A DNA stretch of 64,000 nucleotides from Arenicellales bacterium (GCA_965216665.1 OZ244194.1:3611129-3675128); one strand, 5' to 3'. Counted from the first letter of the stretch, positions 40,036 through 49,644 are shown. Notes: generated from the sequence alone by a model not told the origin. Numbers and translations are program-made.

Positions 40036-41394
40036 GTGCACGTTCGAAAAAATGCCGCGGCTTTGACCAGCGAAGAGTGGGATCGATTCTTAAACGCCGT
40101 TATCACGCTCAAGCACACGTTTCCGGCCGGTTCCACGGTGAGCGTTTACGATCAATTCGTGGCCATTCATCTGGGGGTAACCCAGCTCACCGGTGCTCAG
40201 AACGTCGACGGTGGACACGCCGGGCCGGCCTTTTTGCCTTGGCATCGCGAGTACCTGAAACGATTCGAACAAGCGCTCCAATCCGTCGACCCGCGCGTGA
40301 GCATTCCCTATTGGAACTGGGGTCTGGGCGGAGATGCGGAAACGATTCCGTTGTTCGCCGACAATCGTATGGGGCCCATGGGCTCGGGCGGCGCCAGCGG
40401 GTTCGACGTGATGAGCGGTTACTTCGCCGCGGCCCCCAATTCGTTTAACCCGATGGGCTGGACCATTCGCCCGGAGCTGCGCGTATTCGGCTCGGCGTTG
40501 CAACGCAATACGGTGCTTGATACGTCGACCGCTTTTGATCCGAGCCTGGGTGCCGGCTGGCCTTCGGCGACCGCGGTCGGCAATCTGCTGGCTTTGAGCT
40601 CCTACAACACCTTTCGCCCGGAGCTCGAATGGCCTCCGCACGGTGTCGTGCATGTCCGGATGGGACGCGACATGTCGCAGATGACCTCACCGAACGACCC
40701 GATCTTCTTTCTCCACCACGCGCAGGTGGACCGCATCTGGGCCCTGTGGCAGGCGGATCACCCGGGCAGCACGAATTACAATCCCCTCAATACCGGCGGC
40801 CCGGGCCACCGCCTGAACGACCCCATGTGGCCCTGGGACGGCGGGGCGTCGCAGACTCTCGCCGGGGTCGGAAACCTGGTTCCGCAGTATCCGCAAACCG
40901 ACGTGGTCACACCGGCCGCCGTGCTCGACCATCGGGCGCTGGGGTATTGCTACGCGGGCGAACCGGACTGCCCATGCCCGACAGGGGCACCCGCGCCGGT
41001 GCCGACGCCCGGCAACGGCATCCACGGCGAGGTGCGGCCGGATCTGTTGATTCCCGATAACCAGCCGGCGGGCGTCGTGAGCGCCATCAACATTACCGGC
41101 AGCGGATCGCTTACCGATATCGCCGTCACCGTAGACATCACCCACACCTGGCGCGGAGATTTGGAGCTCACGCTGATCGCCCCGGGCAACTTCAGTGCGT
41201 TACTCAAAGGGGCGACCGGTGAGGCGGGCAGCAATCTGCAGCGAACCTTCCGCCCCACGGATACGCCGGCGCTCGCAAGCCTCGTCCAGGGCGGTGTCAG
41301 CGTCGGCGGCCAATGGTCGCTGCACGTCGTCGATCGCGCACAGCGCGACGTCGGACGACTCGTGGCCTGGAGTCTGGACCTGCAGGTTGCGTAG
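40036..41394 (+). CDS. tyrosinase (type-3 copper) fused to a C-terminal proprotein-convertase P-domain
   Basis: GTG start after GGGAGA. CuA (H…WHREYL…) and CuB (HGVVHVRMG…FFLHHAQVDRIW) His clusters. C-terminal ~120 aa resemble a P-domain/galactose-binding-like fold (ITHTWRGDLELTLIAPG…GQWSLHVVD). Confidence 0.85.
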   Translation: MHVRKNAAALTSEEWDRFLNAVITLKHTFPAGSTVSVYDQFVAIHLGVTQLTGAQNVDGGHAGPAFLPWHREYLKRFEQALQSVDPRVSIPYWNWGLGGDAETIPLFADNRMGPMGSGGASGFDVMSGYFAAAPNSFNPMGWTIRPELRVFGSALQRNTVLDTSTAFDPSLGAGWPSATAVGNLLALSSYNTFRPELEWPPHGVVHVRMGRDMSQMTSPNDPIFFLHHAQVDRIWALWQADHPGSTNYNPLNTGGPGHRLNDPMWPWDGGASQTLAGVGNLVPQYPQTDVVTPAAVLDHRALGYCYAGEPDCPCPTGAPAPVPTPGNGIHGEVRPDLLIPDNQPAGVVSAINITGSGSLTDIAVTVDITHTWRGDLELTLIAPGNFSALLKGATGEAGSNLQRTFRPTDTPALASLVQGGVSVGGQWSLHVVDRAQRDVGRLVAWSLDLQVA

Positions 41395-41453
41395 GCGATA
41401 ACGAGGCCACCAGTGGGAAGACGGGGTCCTGGCTGCGCCGGGATCGGCGTTGA

Positions 41454-42953
41454 CTAGACGGACTGGATGGCGCGCATCAGATCGACTAGACCGCTGCCCT
41501 GGAAATAGCGTTCCCGTCCCAGATCCGTGGCGGTCGACAGGAAGATCTCCTTGACCCGCTCGGGTTGGTTCCTGAATTCCCGCCGTATCGACAGAAAAGC
41601 GGCGATGCAGCCCGACACGTGAGGCGCCGCCATACTCGTACCGCTGTCTTCCATATACAGGCAGTCGTGCGAATTCCCTCTTCTGGCCTCCGCTGCGCAG
41701 GAAATGACCCGCTCTCCGGGCGCGACGATGTCCGGCTTCAGGCGGCCGTCTCCGGTGGGTCCTTTTGCGGAAAAGTAGGAAACCCCGTATACGTGTGGCA
41801 TGTACCTGTGGGTAGACCCCACGGTAATCGCGAGATTGGCATTTCCCGGGTCGCGAATGGTTCCCGTCAAGCCGGTGTCGATGGCACCTTTGAACTTCGT
41901 TTGTACTTTTCCGTAACCGGCATTGCCGGCGGCGACCACGACGACCGTTCCGGAGCGCACCAGTCTGTCGACCTCTACGCAGAGGGGGCTCTGTCCGCAG
42001 CCGAACCACTCCGGGTCGAAGGGGTGTCCGAGACTGATGTTCACCCCGTGTATATGCGGCAGGCGCCCGTCTCCGTTGACGCGGCGGATGTAACCGAGCG
42101 CCGCGATGATGTTGCTGGTATGCAGGCATCCGTCCTTGTCCGCCACCTTCAAGCTCACAATCTTGCACTCCGGCGCGATTCCGCGAATGGAGTCCAGTTC
42201 GATTTCCTCGTAATTGATCGAGTCCTTTTCGTCGCGGCAGCGCACCACGGCACGGACGGGTTCAGCACCCTCGCCGGCGACATTTTCCCCGGCGATGATT
42301 CCCGCAACGTGCGTGCCGTGACCGTTGTCGTCCGTCAGTTTGTCGACGGACTCGATAGACACCGGTTGCGCGCCGGAAAAGTCCCAATGCGTCAGGGGTG
42401 GGGGCAGTTTCAGGTTTTCATGCCTCTGGAAATGGGGGTGCGTGCCGTCGATGCCGGAATCGATGACCGCCCAGACGATCGCGCGGCCTCCGGCGGCGAA
42501 AGCCGCCCGCGCCGCATCGGCTTTGACCGTCGTTACGGTCTCGTTCAGCAGTAGCTCGACCTCGAAGTCCGGCCAGATCTTATAGATCGGACGATACACT
42601 CGCGTCTTGTATTCCGCGCGCGACTCCGGCGGCTGGTCCGCATCTTCAACGCGACGTGACTCATTTTGATGCGCCAGCTCTCGAATCTGTGCAGAGGTCA
42701 GGCTGGCGAACACATACTGATCGGTATCATCAGATAAAAGTTTATTGACCGCATCCTCTCCGGCGAGTTGGACGATCATCTCCTCGACGTGCTGTTTCGT
42801 CTCTCGCCGGCCGCTGCGGTGGAGTAAATTCAGCTCCACGATGATGCGGTGGACCGCGTCGCCCTCCTTGTCTTCGTTCAGTTTCTTGAGCAGCGGTACC
42901 GCAACGACCGTATTGTCGAGATTTGCGACTAACTCACTTTTTTCGTCCGCCAT
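41454..42953 (-). CDS. S8 subtilisin-like serine peptidase, no signal peptide (cytoplasmic)
   Basis: ATG 42953 after GGGAGG. Catalytic triad motifs VIDSGIDGTHP (D), HGTHVAGIIAG (H), GTSMAAPHVSG (S). ~150-aa N-terminal extension. Lower GC than the genome. Confidence 0.8.
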   Translation of the reverse strand: MADEKSELVANLDNTVVAVPLLKKLNEDKEGDAVHRIIVELNLLHRSGRRETKQHVEEMIVQLAGEDAVNKLLSDDTDQYVFASLTSAQIRELAHQNESRRVEDADQPPESRAEYKTRVYRPIYKIWPDFEVELLLNETVTTVKADAARAAFAAGGRAIVWAVIDSGIDGTHPHFQRHENLKLPPPLTHWDFSGAQPVSIESVDKLTDDNGHGTHVAGIIAGENVAGEGAEPVRAVVRCRDEKDSINYEEIELDSIRGIAPECKIVSLKVADKDGCLHTSNIIAALGYIRRVNGDGRLPHIHGVNISLGHPFDPEWFGCGQSPLCVEVDRLVRSGTVVVVAAGNAGYGKVQTKFKGAIDTGLTGTIRDPGNANLAITVGSTHRYMPHVYGVSYFSAKGPTGDGRLKPDIVAPGERVISCAAEARRGNSHDCLYMEDSGTSMAAPHVSGCIAAFLSIRREFRNQPERVKEIFLSTATDLGRERYFQGSGLVDLMRAIQSV

Positions 42954-43042
42954 TGAGTGCTTGCCTCCCAGCCGGCGATGGATGGATTGCTGTGCCGGCG
43001 GTGGGTTGTCCCCGATGGTGACATCAAACACGCCGGAAATTC

Positions 43043-43058
43043 TGTGAAATCCGTCACA
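43043..43058. promoter_or_regulatory. CRP/FNR-type palindrome TGTGA-N6-TCACA
   Basis: tgtgaaatccgtcaca, a perfect half-sites match. Lies in the divergent intergenic region between the S8 peptidase and the TIR gene. Confidence 0.3.
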
Positions 43059-43126
43059 GACCGGGTCTCAGCGCGTCTTTCTCGAGACCGGTATGGGTTC
43101 GCACACGCGTTCGGCGCGGAGAAATC

Positions 43127-43142
43127 TGTGCGAAATGTCACG
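43127..43142. promoter_or_regulatory. second CRP-like site TGTGC-N6-TCACG
   Basis: tgtgcgaaatgtcacg. Imperfect copy 84 bp from the first, with a shared flanking gaaat-ctgtg context. Confidence 0.25.
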
Positions 43143-43330
43143 GAAAATTCGCCTCGGGCGGCGTAGAAATACTCCTGGGATGGCACCTGAACCCGAGGGT
43201 CGGATCCCCGGGGCCACGACAAACTGCTCGCGCCCCGACGGGGCGGTCAGGAGCGGTCGTGTACGGGACGACCAAAAATGCGCAAGCGGGGGCGTTGACG
43301 AGGATGGAAGGTCGAGCAGAGGGGAAAACG

Positions 43331-44638
43331 ATGACTGACCAATTGAGTATATTTATCAGCCACAAGCACGAGGATGAGCTCGCCGCCAGCGGCATCAAAG
43401 ACATTCTGAAGAACTTCGACGATGAAAACAGCGAGAAGCTGAAGTTCTTTCTATCCGAAGAAATCCCCGGGGGCGCGAACTGGTATCAATGGATCAAGTC
43501 GCGGCTCGTCGAATCCAATCTGCTGTTGCTGCTTTTCACCGACGTGACCAAGTCCTGGGACTGGTGCCTGTACGAGGCGGGCCTGTTCGACAGGCTCGAC
43601 GACAATCATCACCGAAGAGTGATCTGTCTACACAGCTCGACCGCAACGCCGCCAGACCCGCTGCAGCACCTGCAGGCATTTCCAGCCCTGCCGGGAAAGC
43701 TACGTACGTTCGTCGAGCAGTTGTTCGTAAAGACGGACCTGACCCAATTGGAGGAGCCCATCGCGCCGTGGTTGGCCAAGGCTCCCGAGCAGGTCGAGGG
43801 TGCGGCTCAAGAAATTGCCTCGCTCATCGATCGCAAACCCGTGCAAACGAATTATTTCAGTAGGTACGTGTTCATCCACGTCAAGGAGCCGGAAAAGATT
43901 CAGCGTGGAGAAATACCGGGCGACGCACCGATCATATCCAATGGGAAGACGCTCGAACTTTTCGACCGCGCGCCGACGGAAGGGTTGACCTGGGACAAGC
44001 TCGAGGCGAACGCACGCGCGAGCGAGGATGACCGGTGGGTGGACGAGCTCGCCGAGGCCGTGTATGTCGCCAGTAAGGGTAACCTGCCGAAGGCTGCCCA
44101 CGGTTTGTTCTATTCACAACGTGGTGAGAAGGTGTACCGGCCGAGCCTTTACCGGGTCGACGAACTGGCCGATGGCTCGATGATTTTCAAGGTGCTTTTC
44201 GAAGAGGACATCTCGTGGCGGCTCGACGACGTACCGAAGTATCATGCGGCGCTACTCACTTCGCTGGTGATGGCGACCCGTTTCAAGTACGAGCTTTTAG
44301 AGAAGTATCGGGGTGAACTCGAAGGCTTGGCGGGAGAAGAAGCCGACTCGGCATTCGGTAGCATCCGGAAGACGATTCGCAATATCGAGAGCGAGGCGGC
44401 GGCACGCGGATTGATGGACCAGAAGTCGCTCGTCAAGGTGTTCAAGAAACACGATCAAGAGAAGATCAGGGGCATGTACAAGCAATGGGACGTAGTCCGT
44501 TCCGCGGTGCTCACGGCTTTGGACGACCACGACGCGGCGGCGCTGGAAGGCCAGCTCGAAGCGCTGAGCAGCATGAACCACGAATACCTGACGCTGGCAT
44601 CTGAGCGGTATCACCACATCATGGCTACGCCGCTTTAG
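43331..44638 (+). CDS. TIR-domain protein with ~300-aa uncharacterised C-terminal domain
   Basis: ATG 43331 after GAGGGG. N-terminal ~140 aa match the bacterial TIR_2 pattern (IFISHKHEDE…NWYQWI…LLLLLFTDVTKSWDWCLYEAGLF) including the conserved W-C-x-x-E putative catalytic Glu. The rest is helical with no known motifs. GC clearly below the genome average. Confidence 0.75.
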   Translation: MTDQLSIFISHKHEDELAASGIKDILKNFDDENSEKLKFFLSEEIPGGANWYQWIKSRLVESNLLLLLFTDVTKSWDWCLYEAGLFDRLDDNHHRRVICLHSSTATPPDPLQHLQAFPALPGKLRTFVEQLFVKTDLTQLEEPIAPWLAKAPEQVEGAAQEIASLIDRKPVQTNYFSRYVFIHVKEPEKIQRGEIPGDAPIISNGKTLELFDRAPTEGLTWDKLEANARASEDDRWVDELAEAVYVASKGNLPKAAHGLFYSQRGEKVYRPSLYRVDELADGSMIFKVLFEEDISWRLDDVPKYHAALLTSLVMATRFKYELLEKYRGELEGLAGEEADSAFGSIRKTIRNIESEAAARGLMDQKSLVKVFKKHDQEKIRGMYKQWDVVRSAVLTALDDHDAAALEGQLEALSSMNHEYLTLASERYHHIMATPL

Positions 44639-44943
44639 TACGGCCTCCGGTCCTGCTGCCACTCAGAGGTTCGCGGCGGTTTGGCAAGATCTGGCGAGAG
44701 TCAGTAGGCGTTGTCCGGCTTTATCAAGATCGTATCCGATCCAGGCGATGACATACGCGACCGGGTAATCGCCATCAATGCCTTTGCCACCGTTAACTCA
44801 CACTCGCGGGACTGGGAAGTCGTACGCTTAGGAGTCGCGCAAACGGTCAAAGTGATGGTTGCAATAGGGAAGTAGGCTGCAGCAGTGGCGAGCATCCAGA
44901 TGAGCGATTTTCCTCATGAACATCGTCTTTCGTTTGACCTTCC

Positions 44944-46312
44944 TGCAAGATAACGTAACGTATTTTTCGCTTTTGTGAAGCGGTGGTCTCGGTCTGGTTT
45001 AATTGGAATTGCGAAGACCAATGAACCAAGACCATAGGAGAGACCACCATGAGTAAAGATACCAAAAAGCCGCTGGGGAAGGTGATTGGAATTGACGAAG
45101 GGCGGATTGAGCGGCATGTGAGCGAGCTGGTGCGAGGCAGCGTGGAGAAGACGCTGAACGAGCTGCTGGACGCGGAGGCGGACCAGTTATGCAATGCGCC
45201 GAAGTACAGTCGTTCCCCGGAGCGGATGGATACGCGCGCCGGGCATTACACACGGAAGCTACACACCGGGGCTGGAGAGGTGGAGCTGAAGGTGCCGAAG
45301 CTGCGGAAAGCGACGTTCGAGACGGCGATCATTGAGCGTTATCGGCGCCGTGAGGCGAGTGTGGAGGAATCGCTGATCGAGATGTATTTGGCGGGGGTGT
45401 CGGTCCGGCGTGTGGAGACGATCACCGAGGCGCTGTGGGGCACACGGGTCAGTGCCTCGACGGTGAGCCGCCTGAACAAGCGGATCTACAGCCATATTGA
45501 GCGTTGGCGGAATCGGCCGATTACGGATGAGTTTGCCTACGTGTACCTGGATGGCGTGGTGCTGAAGCGCAGCTGGGGCGGTGAGGTGCGCAATTTATCG
45601 GTGTTGGTGGCGATCGGGGTGGCGCAGGACGGTTACCGGCAGATACTGGGCGTGGCCGAAGGGGCGAAGGAAGACAAGGCCGGCTGGTCGGGATTTCTTG
45701 AGCACCTGAGGACCCGGGGCTTGAAAGGTGTGCAGTTGGTGGTCTCGGATGCCTGTATGGGCCTGGTCGAGAGTGTCAGCGAACACTTTCCCGAGGCGCG
45801 CTGGCAGCGTTGTGTGGTGCATTTCTACCGCAACGTATTCAGTCATGTGCCGCGTGGCAAAGTCCGAGCGGTGGCGCGGATGTTGAAGGCGATCCATGCG
45901 TCGGAAGACCTGGCCGCGGCTCAAGATAAGGCCCAGGCAGTGGTGACCAAACTCAAGGAGCTGCGCCTGACCAAAGCGGCGGAGCTGGTCGCAAAACATA
46001 TCGACGAAACACTGATTTTCTACCGCTTTCCCGCACCGCACTGGCGGCGGATCCGGACGAACAACCCTTTGGAGCGGATCATCCGCGAGATTCGCCGGCG
46101 TACACGCGTGGTCGGGGCCTTTCCTGACGGCGAATCGGCGCTGATGCTGGTTTCCGCCAGGCTACGGCATATTGCCACCACCAAATGGGGAACAAGACGT
46201 TATCTGAAGATGGAGTTATTGAACGAGCCGCTCGAAGCTGACGTGGCCATTGCATGAACTGGATCGAGACCATCGCTCAAAAAAAGCGAAATAATCGTTG
46301 CACTACCTCCTG
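44944..46312 (+). mobile_element. IS256-family insertion sequence (~1.37 kb) with imperfect terminal inverted repeats
   Basis: Left end …cgtatttttcgcttttgtgaagcggtggtctcggtctgg… matches the reverse complement of the right end …ccagatcgagaccatcgctcaaaaaaagcgaaataatcg… at ~30/41 positions. Encloses a mutator-type transposase. Boundaries approximate (±15 bp). Confidence 0.75.
45049..46257 (+). CDS. IS256-family (mutator-type) transposase
   Basis: 402 aa. Conserved IS256 transposase blocks (YVYLDGVVLK…, LVVSDACMGLVESV…, CVVHFYRNV…). AGGAG RBS. Confidence 0.9.
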   Translation: MSKDTKKPLGKVIGIDEGRIERHVSELVRGSVEKTLNELLDAEADQLCNAPKYSRSPERMDTRAGHYTRKLHTGAGEVELKVPKLRKATFETAIIERYRRREASVEESLIEMYLAGVSVRRVETITEALWGTRVSASTVSRLNKRIYSHIERWRNRPITDEFAYVYLDGVVLKRSWGGEVRNLSVLVAIGVAQDGYRQILGVAEGAKEDKAGWSGFLEHLRTRGLKGVQLVVSDACMGLVESVSEHFPEARWQRCVVHFYRNVFSHVPRGKVRAVARMLKAIHASEDLAAAQDKAQAVVTKLKELRLTKAAELVAKHIDETLIFYRFPAPHWRRIRTNNPLERIIREIRRRTRVVGAFPDGESALMLVSARLRHIATTKWGTRRYLKMELLNEPLEADVAIA

Positions 46313-46683
46313 CAATCGTGCCCGTTAGGGCAACCCACGAACCAGATCGCGAAAGCGGGCCTCTGCCGCTTTTATTCCGCCCTATCGTACGCATGGTGAT
46401 TGATTTTGATTGGTTAAAGTTCCTTTACCCACGCTTACGAAGTGTTAGTTTTTGTTAGATTGATGGTGGGTGCAGCCGATAACCGTTATAAGATTGAAAT
46501 ACCGGACGTATATCAAGAAACCGGTCGGTTTGGTTGCTTGAAGTCCGTCCTAAAAAACGCTAGCTTGTTCCAGTAGCTATGGAATTGGTGTGGAAATAAA
46601 AACCATCGGGGAGGGTGGTAACGTTGATACACCCGTTCGTATATTGGGGGCGTGGCTCGGGAACAGGGCCATTTCGGCTGTCG

Positions 46684-48870
46684 ATGTATCGCGGTCACGT
46701 AACCGCCGTCTTCCTTCTCACGACTCTATGCCACCTTGCCTCGAAGCCGGTACATGCAGCCGGGACCGATCTGTTCTCCTTGTCGCTCGAACAGCTCTCC
46801 CAGATCACCGTACGCTCGGTCGATTTCTTTGAAACCTCTTTGGCTCGTTCGCCGAGCAATATTCAAGTCATCACCCACGAAGATATCGACAGTCTGCCCG
46901 CCCTGACATTGAACGATATTGTGCAGATGTATGTCCCGGGAGCGCATCTATCCAGCCACAATTCGCAAGGCCATCATTTTGCAGTCCGGGGTATTGCTCG
47001 CGGCGGTAGCGCCAAGACTCTGGTGATGTGGGACGGGCACAGCCTCAACCAGCGCAACAACTTCGGCAACATGTCCGTCTATTCGTCCCATCTTTTGGGG
47101 GATCTTGAACAAATCGAGTTCGTGCTGGGTCCGGGTTCGCTCGTCCACGGGACCGGCGCGCTGAACGGCTATGTGAATTTCGTACCCAAATCGGGGTTCG
47201 ACCATCCAGGCTTTCATACGCGAGTCGATCTGGGACTGGACGATGATCTCGTGAAACTGCAGTTGGGGTACGGCAAACGCTATGGATACAACAAACATTT
47301 TTATCTGTATGGTGGTTATGTGCAGGCCGACGGATTTCCATTTGGCGATGACTTCGGCGGTGCGACGGCGAGTCTGCAACCGGTACGCCGGGCGTTTGCC
47401 GCGAATCCGCGTGACGAGGTCTTCGAGTATCGGCCAAGCTATAAACTGTCGGGAAACTGGACCCACGATCGCTTGAACGTGAAAGTATTGTTTGAGTACC
47501 AGGAGGTCGACACCAACTCGCCGATCGCCGAGTTCGAACCGTTCGATCAAAAAACACTGTTGTCGATCCAACCGCGCTACACGCACGCATTGAACCATAC
47601 GGACTTTCTCGAAATCGCGCCGAGCCTCACCTGGTTCGACAAAGCGTTGGTCCGCAGAGCGCGCTCGCCGGGCGTGCAGGACGATGAGGGGGGCGGTTCG
47701 GAACGGGCCGGCGAACTCAAGGCGATTTATCAGACCGAGCGTTTCTCCGGGCAAAAGATTGCTGTAGGTGTCGTGTATACCGCGCGCGACTCGACCAGCC
47801 TGCGGAACGTTTTCTCATCGGATCCCAACCGTAATATCACTTTCACCGACGGTGACTGGTATGAATACGCGGTGTTTGCGGAGGATCGCATCGAGCTGAG
47901 TGACCGCACCGACCTCACGCTGGGTTTGCGCCGGGACTGGGCGAATTTCGACGAGTTCACTTCGGAGATCGATCGTTTTCCGAACATCACTTTCGAGCCC
48001 GACGATGTGTCGCATACCAGTCCCCGAGTCGCACTGACCCACGACTTGTACGAAAATCATACGGTGCGTCTCTCCTATCAGGAGGGGTTCCGTTACCCGG
48101 ATATCTCGCAGTACCCGCGGGCGGCGGCGGTGAACAATGTGCTCGAGGCATTCGGTCGCGACCCGTTGCCGAGCCTCGAACCGGAATCGGTGGAAAGCTT
48201 TGAGATCGGTCTCAACAGCCGTTTTCCCGCCTCGCGGGTCAACGCGCGACTGACCCTTTATTACAACCGGTACGAGGATTTGATCGGTTTTCGCAACATC
48301 CGCGTCGATCCGCCATTGGTTCCTCCGGAAGTGTCGGCGGCCATACCCCGTCAGGTATCGGGTTTGGACATCAATAGCGAAGACAGTTTCGCCTCCGTGG
48401 GCGGCGAATTGAGCATACTGTGGGATCCCACACCGAATTGGCGCACCACCTTGGGATACGCCTACTCGGTTCCGAGCGGTTTGTCCGAAGAGACCAACCT
48501 GAATCTCGCAATCGCCAACACATCGCGTTCGGAATGGAGTGTCTACCCGAAGCATCAGGTCAAAGCCGGTTTCGAATACCGGATCGGAAAATGGCTACTG
48601 GCGCTGTCGGCGCTCTACGAGAGCGAGGTGGACACCGACGAGACGCTCGGCGGCGAGCCGGTTTTCGACGACGACTTCACACGGGTGAACGCCATGCTGC
48701 AGTACCGGATTCGCGACAATCTCACCGCGTTCGCGATCGGTAAGAACGTCTTTGATGACGATACGCCGCCGCTGAACACCACACCCAGTCGACCGTGGAC
48801 CGGCACATTGGGCACCGACGAGCGACTATTCTATGTGGGTCTACGCTGGCAGCCCGGGGCAGCGCGCTAG
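46684..48870 (+). CDS. TonB-dependent outer-membrane receptor
   Basis: Signal peptide. Plug-domain motifs (IQVITHEDIDSLPALTLNDIVQM…, IEFVLGPGSLVHGTGALNGYVNFVPK). Long beta-barrel region. Confidence 0.75.
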   Translation: MYRGHVTAVFLLTTLCHLASKPVHAAGTDLFSLSLEQLSQITVRSVDFFETSLARSPSNIQVITHEDIDSLPALTLNDIVQMYVPGAHLSSHNSQGHHFAVRGIARGGSAKTLVMWDGHSLNQRNNFGNMSVYSSHLLGDLEQIEFVLGPGSLVHGTGALNGYVNFVPKSGFDHPGFHTRVDLGLDDDLVKLQLGYGKRYGYNKHFYLYGGYVQADGFPFGDDFGGATASLQPVRRAFAANPRDEVFEYRPSYKLSGNWTHDRLNVKVLFEYQEVDTNSPIAEFEPFDQKTLLSIQPRYTHALNHTDFLEIAPSLTWFDKALVRRARSPGVQDDEGGGSERAGELKAIYQTERFSGQKIAVGVVYTARDSTSLRNVFSSDPNRNITFTDGDWYEYAVFAEDRIELSDRTDLTLGLRRDWANFDEFTSEIDRFPNITFEPDDVSHTSPRVALTHDLYENHTVRLSYQEGFRYPDISQYPRAAAVNNVLEAFGRDPLPSLEPESVESFEIGLNSRFPASRVNARLTLYYNRYEDLIGFRNIRVDPPLVPPEVSAAIPRQVSGLDINSEDSFASVGGELSILWDPTPNWRTTLGYAYSVPSGLSEETNLNLAIANTSRSEWSVYPKHQVKAGFEYRIGKWLLALSALYESEVDTDETLGGEPVFDDDFTRVNAMLQYRIRDNLTAFAIGKNVFDDDTPPLNTTPSRPWTGTLGTDERLFYVGLRWQPGAAR

Positions 48871-48930
48871 ATCACACGTGGTTTCTAAGTCGCGACGTAC
48901 GGTCCGCCCGCGTCCCGCCTGTGCCGTTTG

Positions 48931-49644
48931 CTACTGATCGTCAATCGTACCCGTGAACGTGTAACCCGCACCACGCACCGTTTTGATCAGCGCTGGGTTG
49001 TGCGGGTCTGACTCGATCTTCGAGCGCAGTTGAAAGATCAGCACGTCGACGTTGCGCGCGAGCGGATTCCAGGCCTTGCTGCCGAAATGACGCGCGATAT
49101 CGTTGCGGGTGACGGTCTCACCGGCATGCGCCACAAGGAGTTTCAAGAGATCGAACTCTTTGCTGGTCAGCTCAACCGCACGGCGGTCCGGGGACGACAG
49201 CTCGCGCGCCCGCAAGTTCAGAGTCCAACCGTGAAAACTCACGACTGATCCGAGTTTAGCGCGGTCCTGCTGGCGGGCGCGGCGGCGTAACACGCTGCGC
49301 ACCCGCGCAAGCAGTTCGCGCAGGTGAAATGGTTTCGGGATGTAGTCATCGGCGCCACTTTCGAGACCCATCACCCGATCCACGACTTCGGTCTTGGCGG
49401 TCAGCATTACGATTCCGCAGTCGGTTTTGCCGCGCAGCCTGGGAATCATCGACATGCCATCGTCGTCCGGCAGACGCACATCGAGTAAGATCACATCGGG
49501 TTTGAAGCGACCGAGCCGCCGCCAGGTTTCATCGGCGTCGTTGGCGGTTTGTACGACAAACCCCTCATTGGTGAGGTACTCCGACACCAGTTTGCGAATC
49601 TCGGGGTCGTCATCGACAACCAAGACGTTGGCGGATTCGTCCAT
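48931..49644 (-). CDS. OmpR-family two-component response regulator
   Basis: REC domain (LVVDDDPEI…DVILLDVRLPDDDG) plus winged-helix C-terminus (…LIKTVRGAGYTF). Confidence 0.85.
   Translation of the reverse strand: MDESANVLVVDDDPEIRKLVSEYLTNEGFVVQTANDADETWRRLGRFKPDVILLDVRLPDDDGMSMIPRLRGKTDCGIVMLTAKTEVVDRVMGLESGADDYIPKPFHLRELLARVRSVLRRRARQQDRAKLGSVVSFHGWTLNLRARELSSPDRRAVELTSKEFDLLKLLVAHAGETVTRNDIARHFGSKAWNPLARNVDVLIFQLRSKIESDPHNPALIKTVRGAGYTFTGTIDDQ

Noticed and set aside
46446-46459. 14-mer ttagtttttgttag shared with 52556-52569 (both in low-GC leaders)
   Set aside because: For two AT-rich leaders in a 64-kb window, several 14-mer coincidences are expected by chance. No extended similarity on either side.
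46260-46683. Looked for a Fur box or tRNA in the low-GC leader of the TonB-dependent receptor
   Set aside because: No convincing 19-bp Fur-box match and no cloverleaf-compatible sequence. Likely just a promoter/leader.
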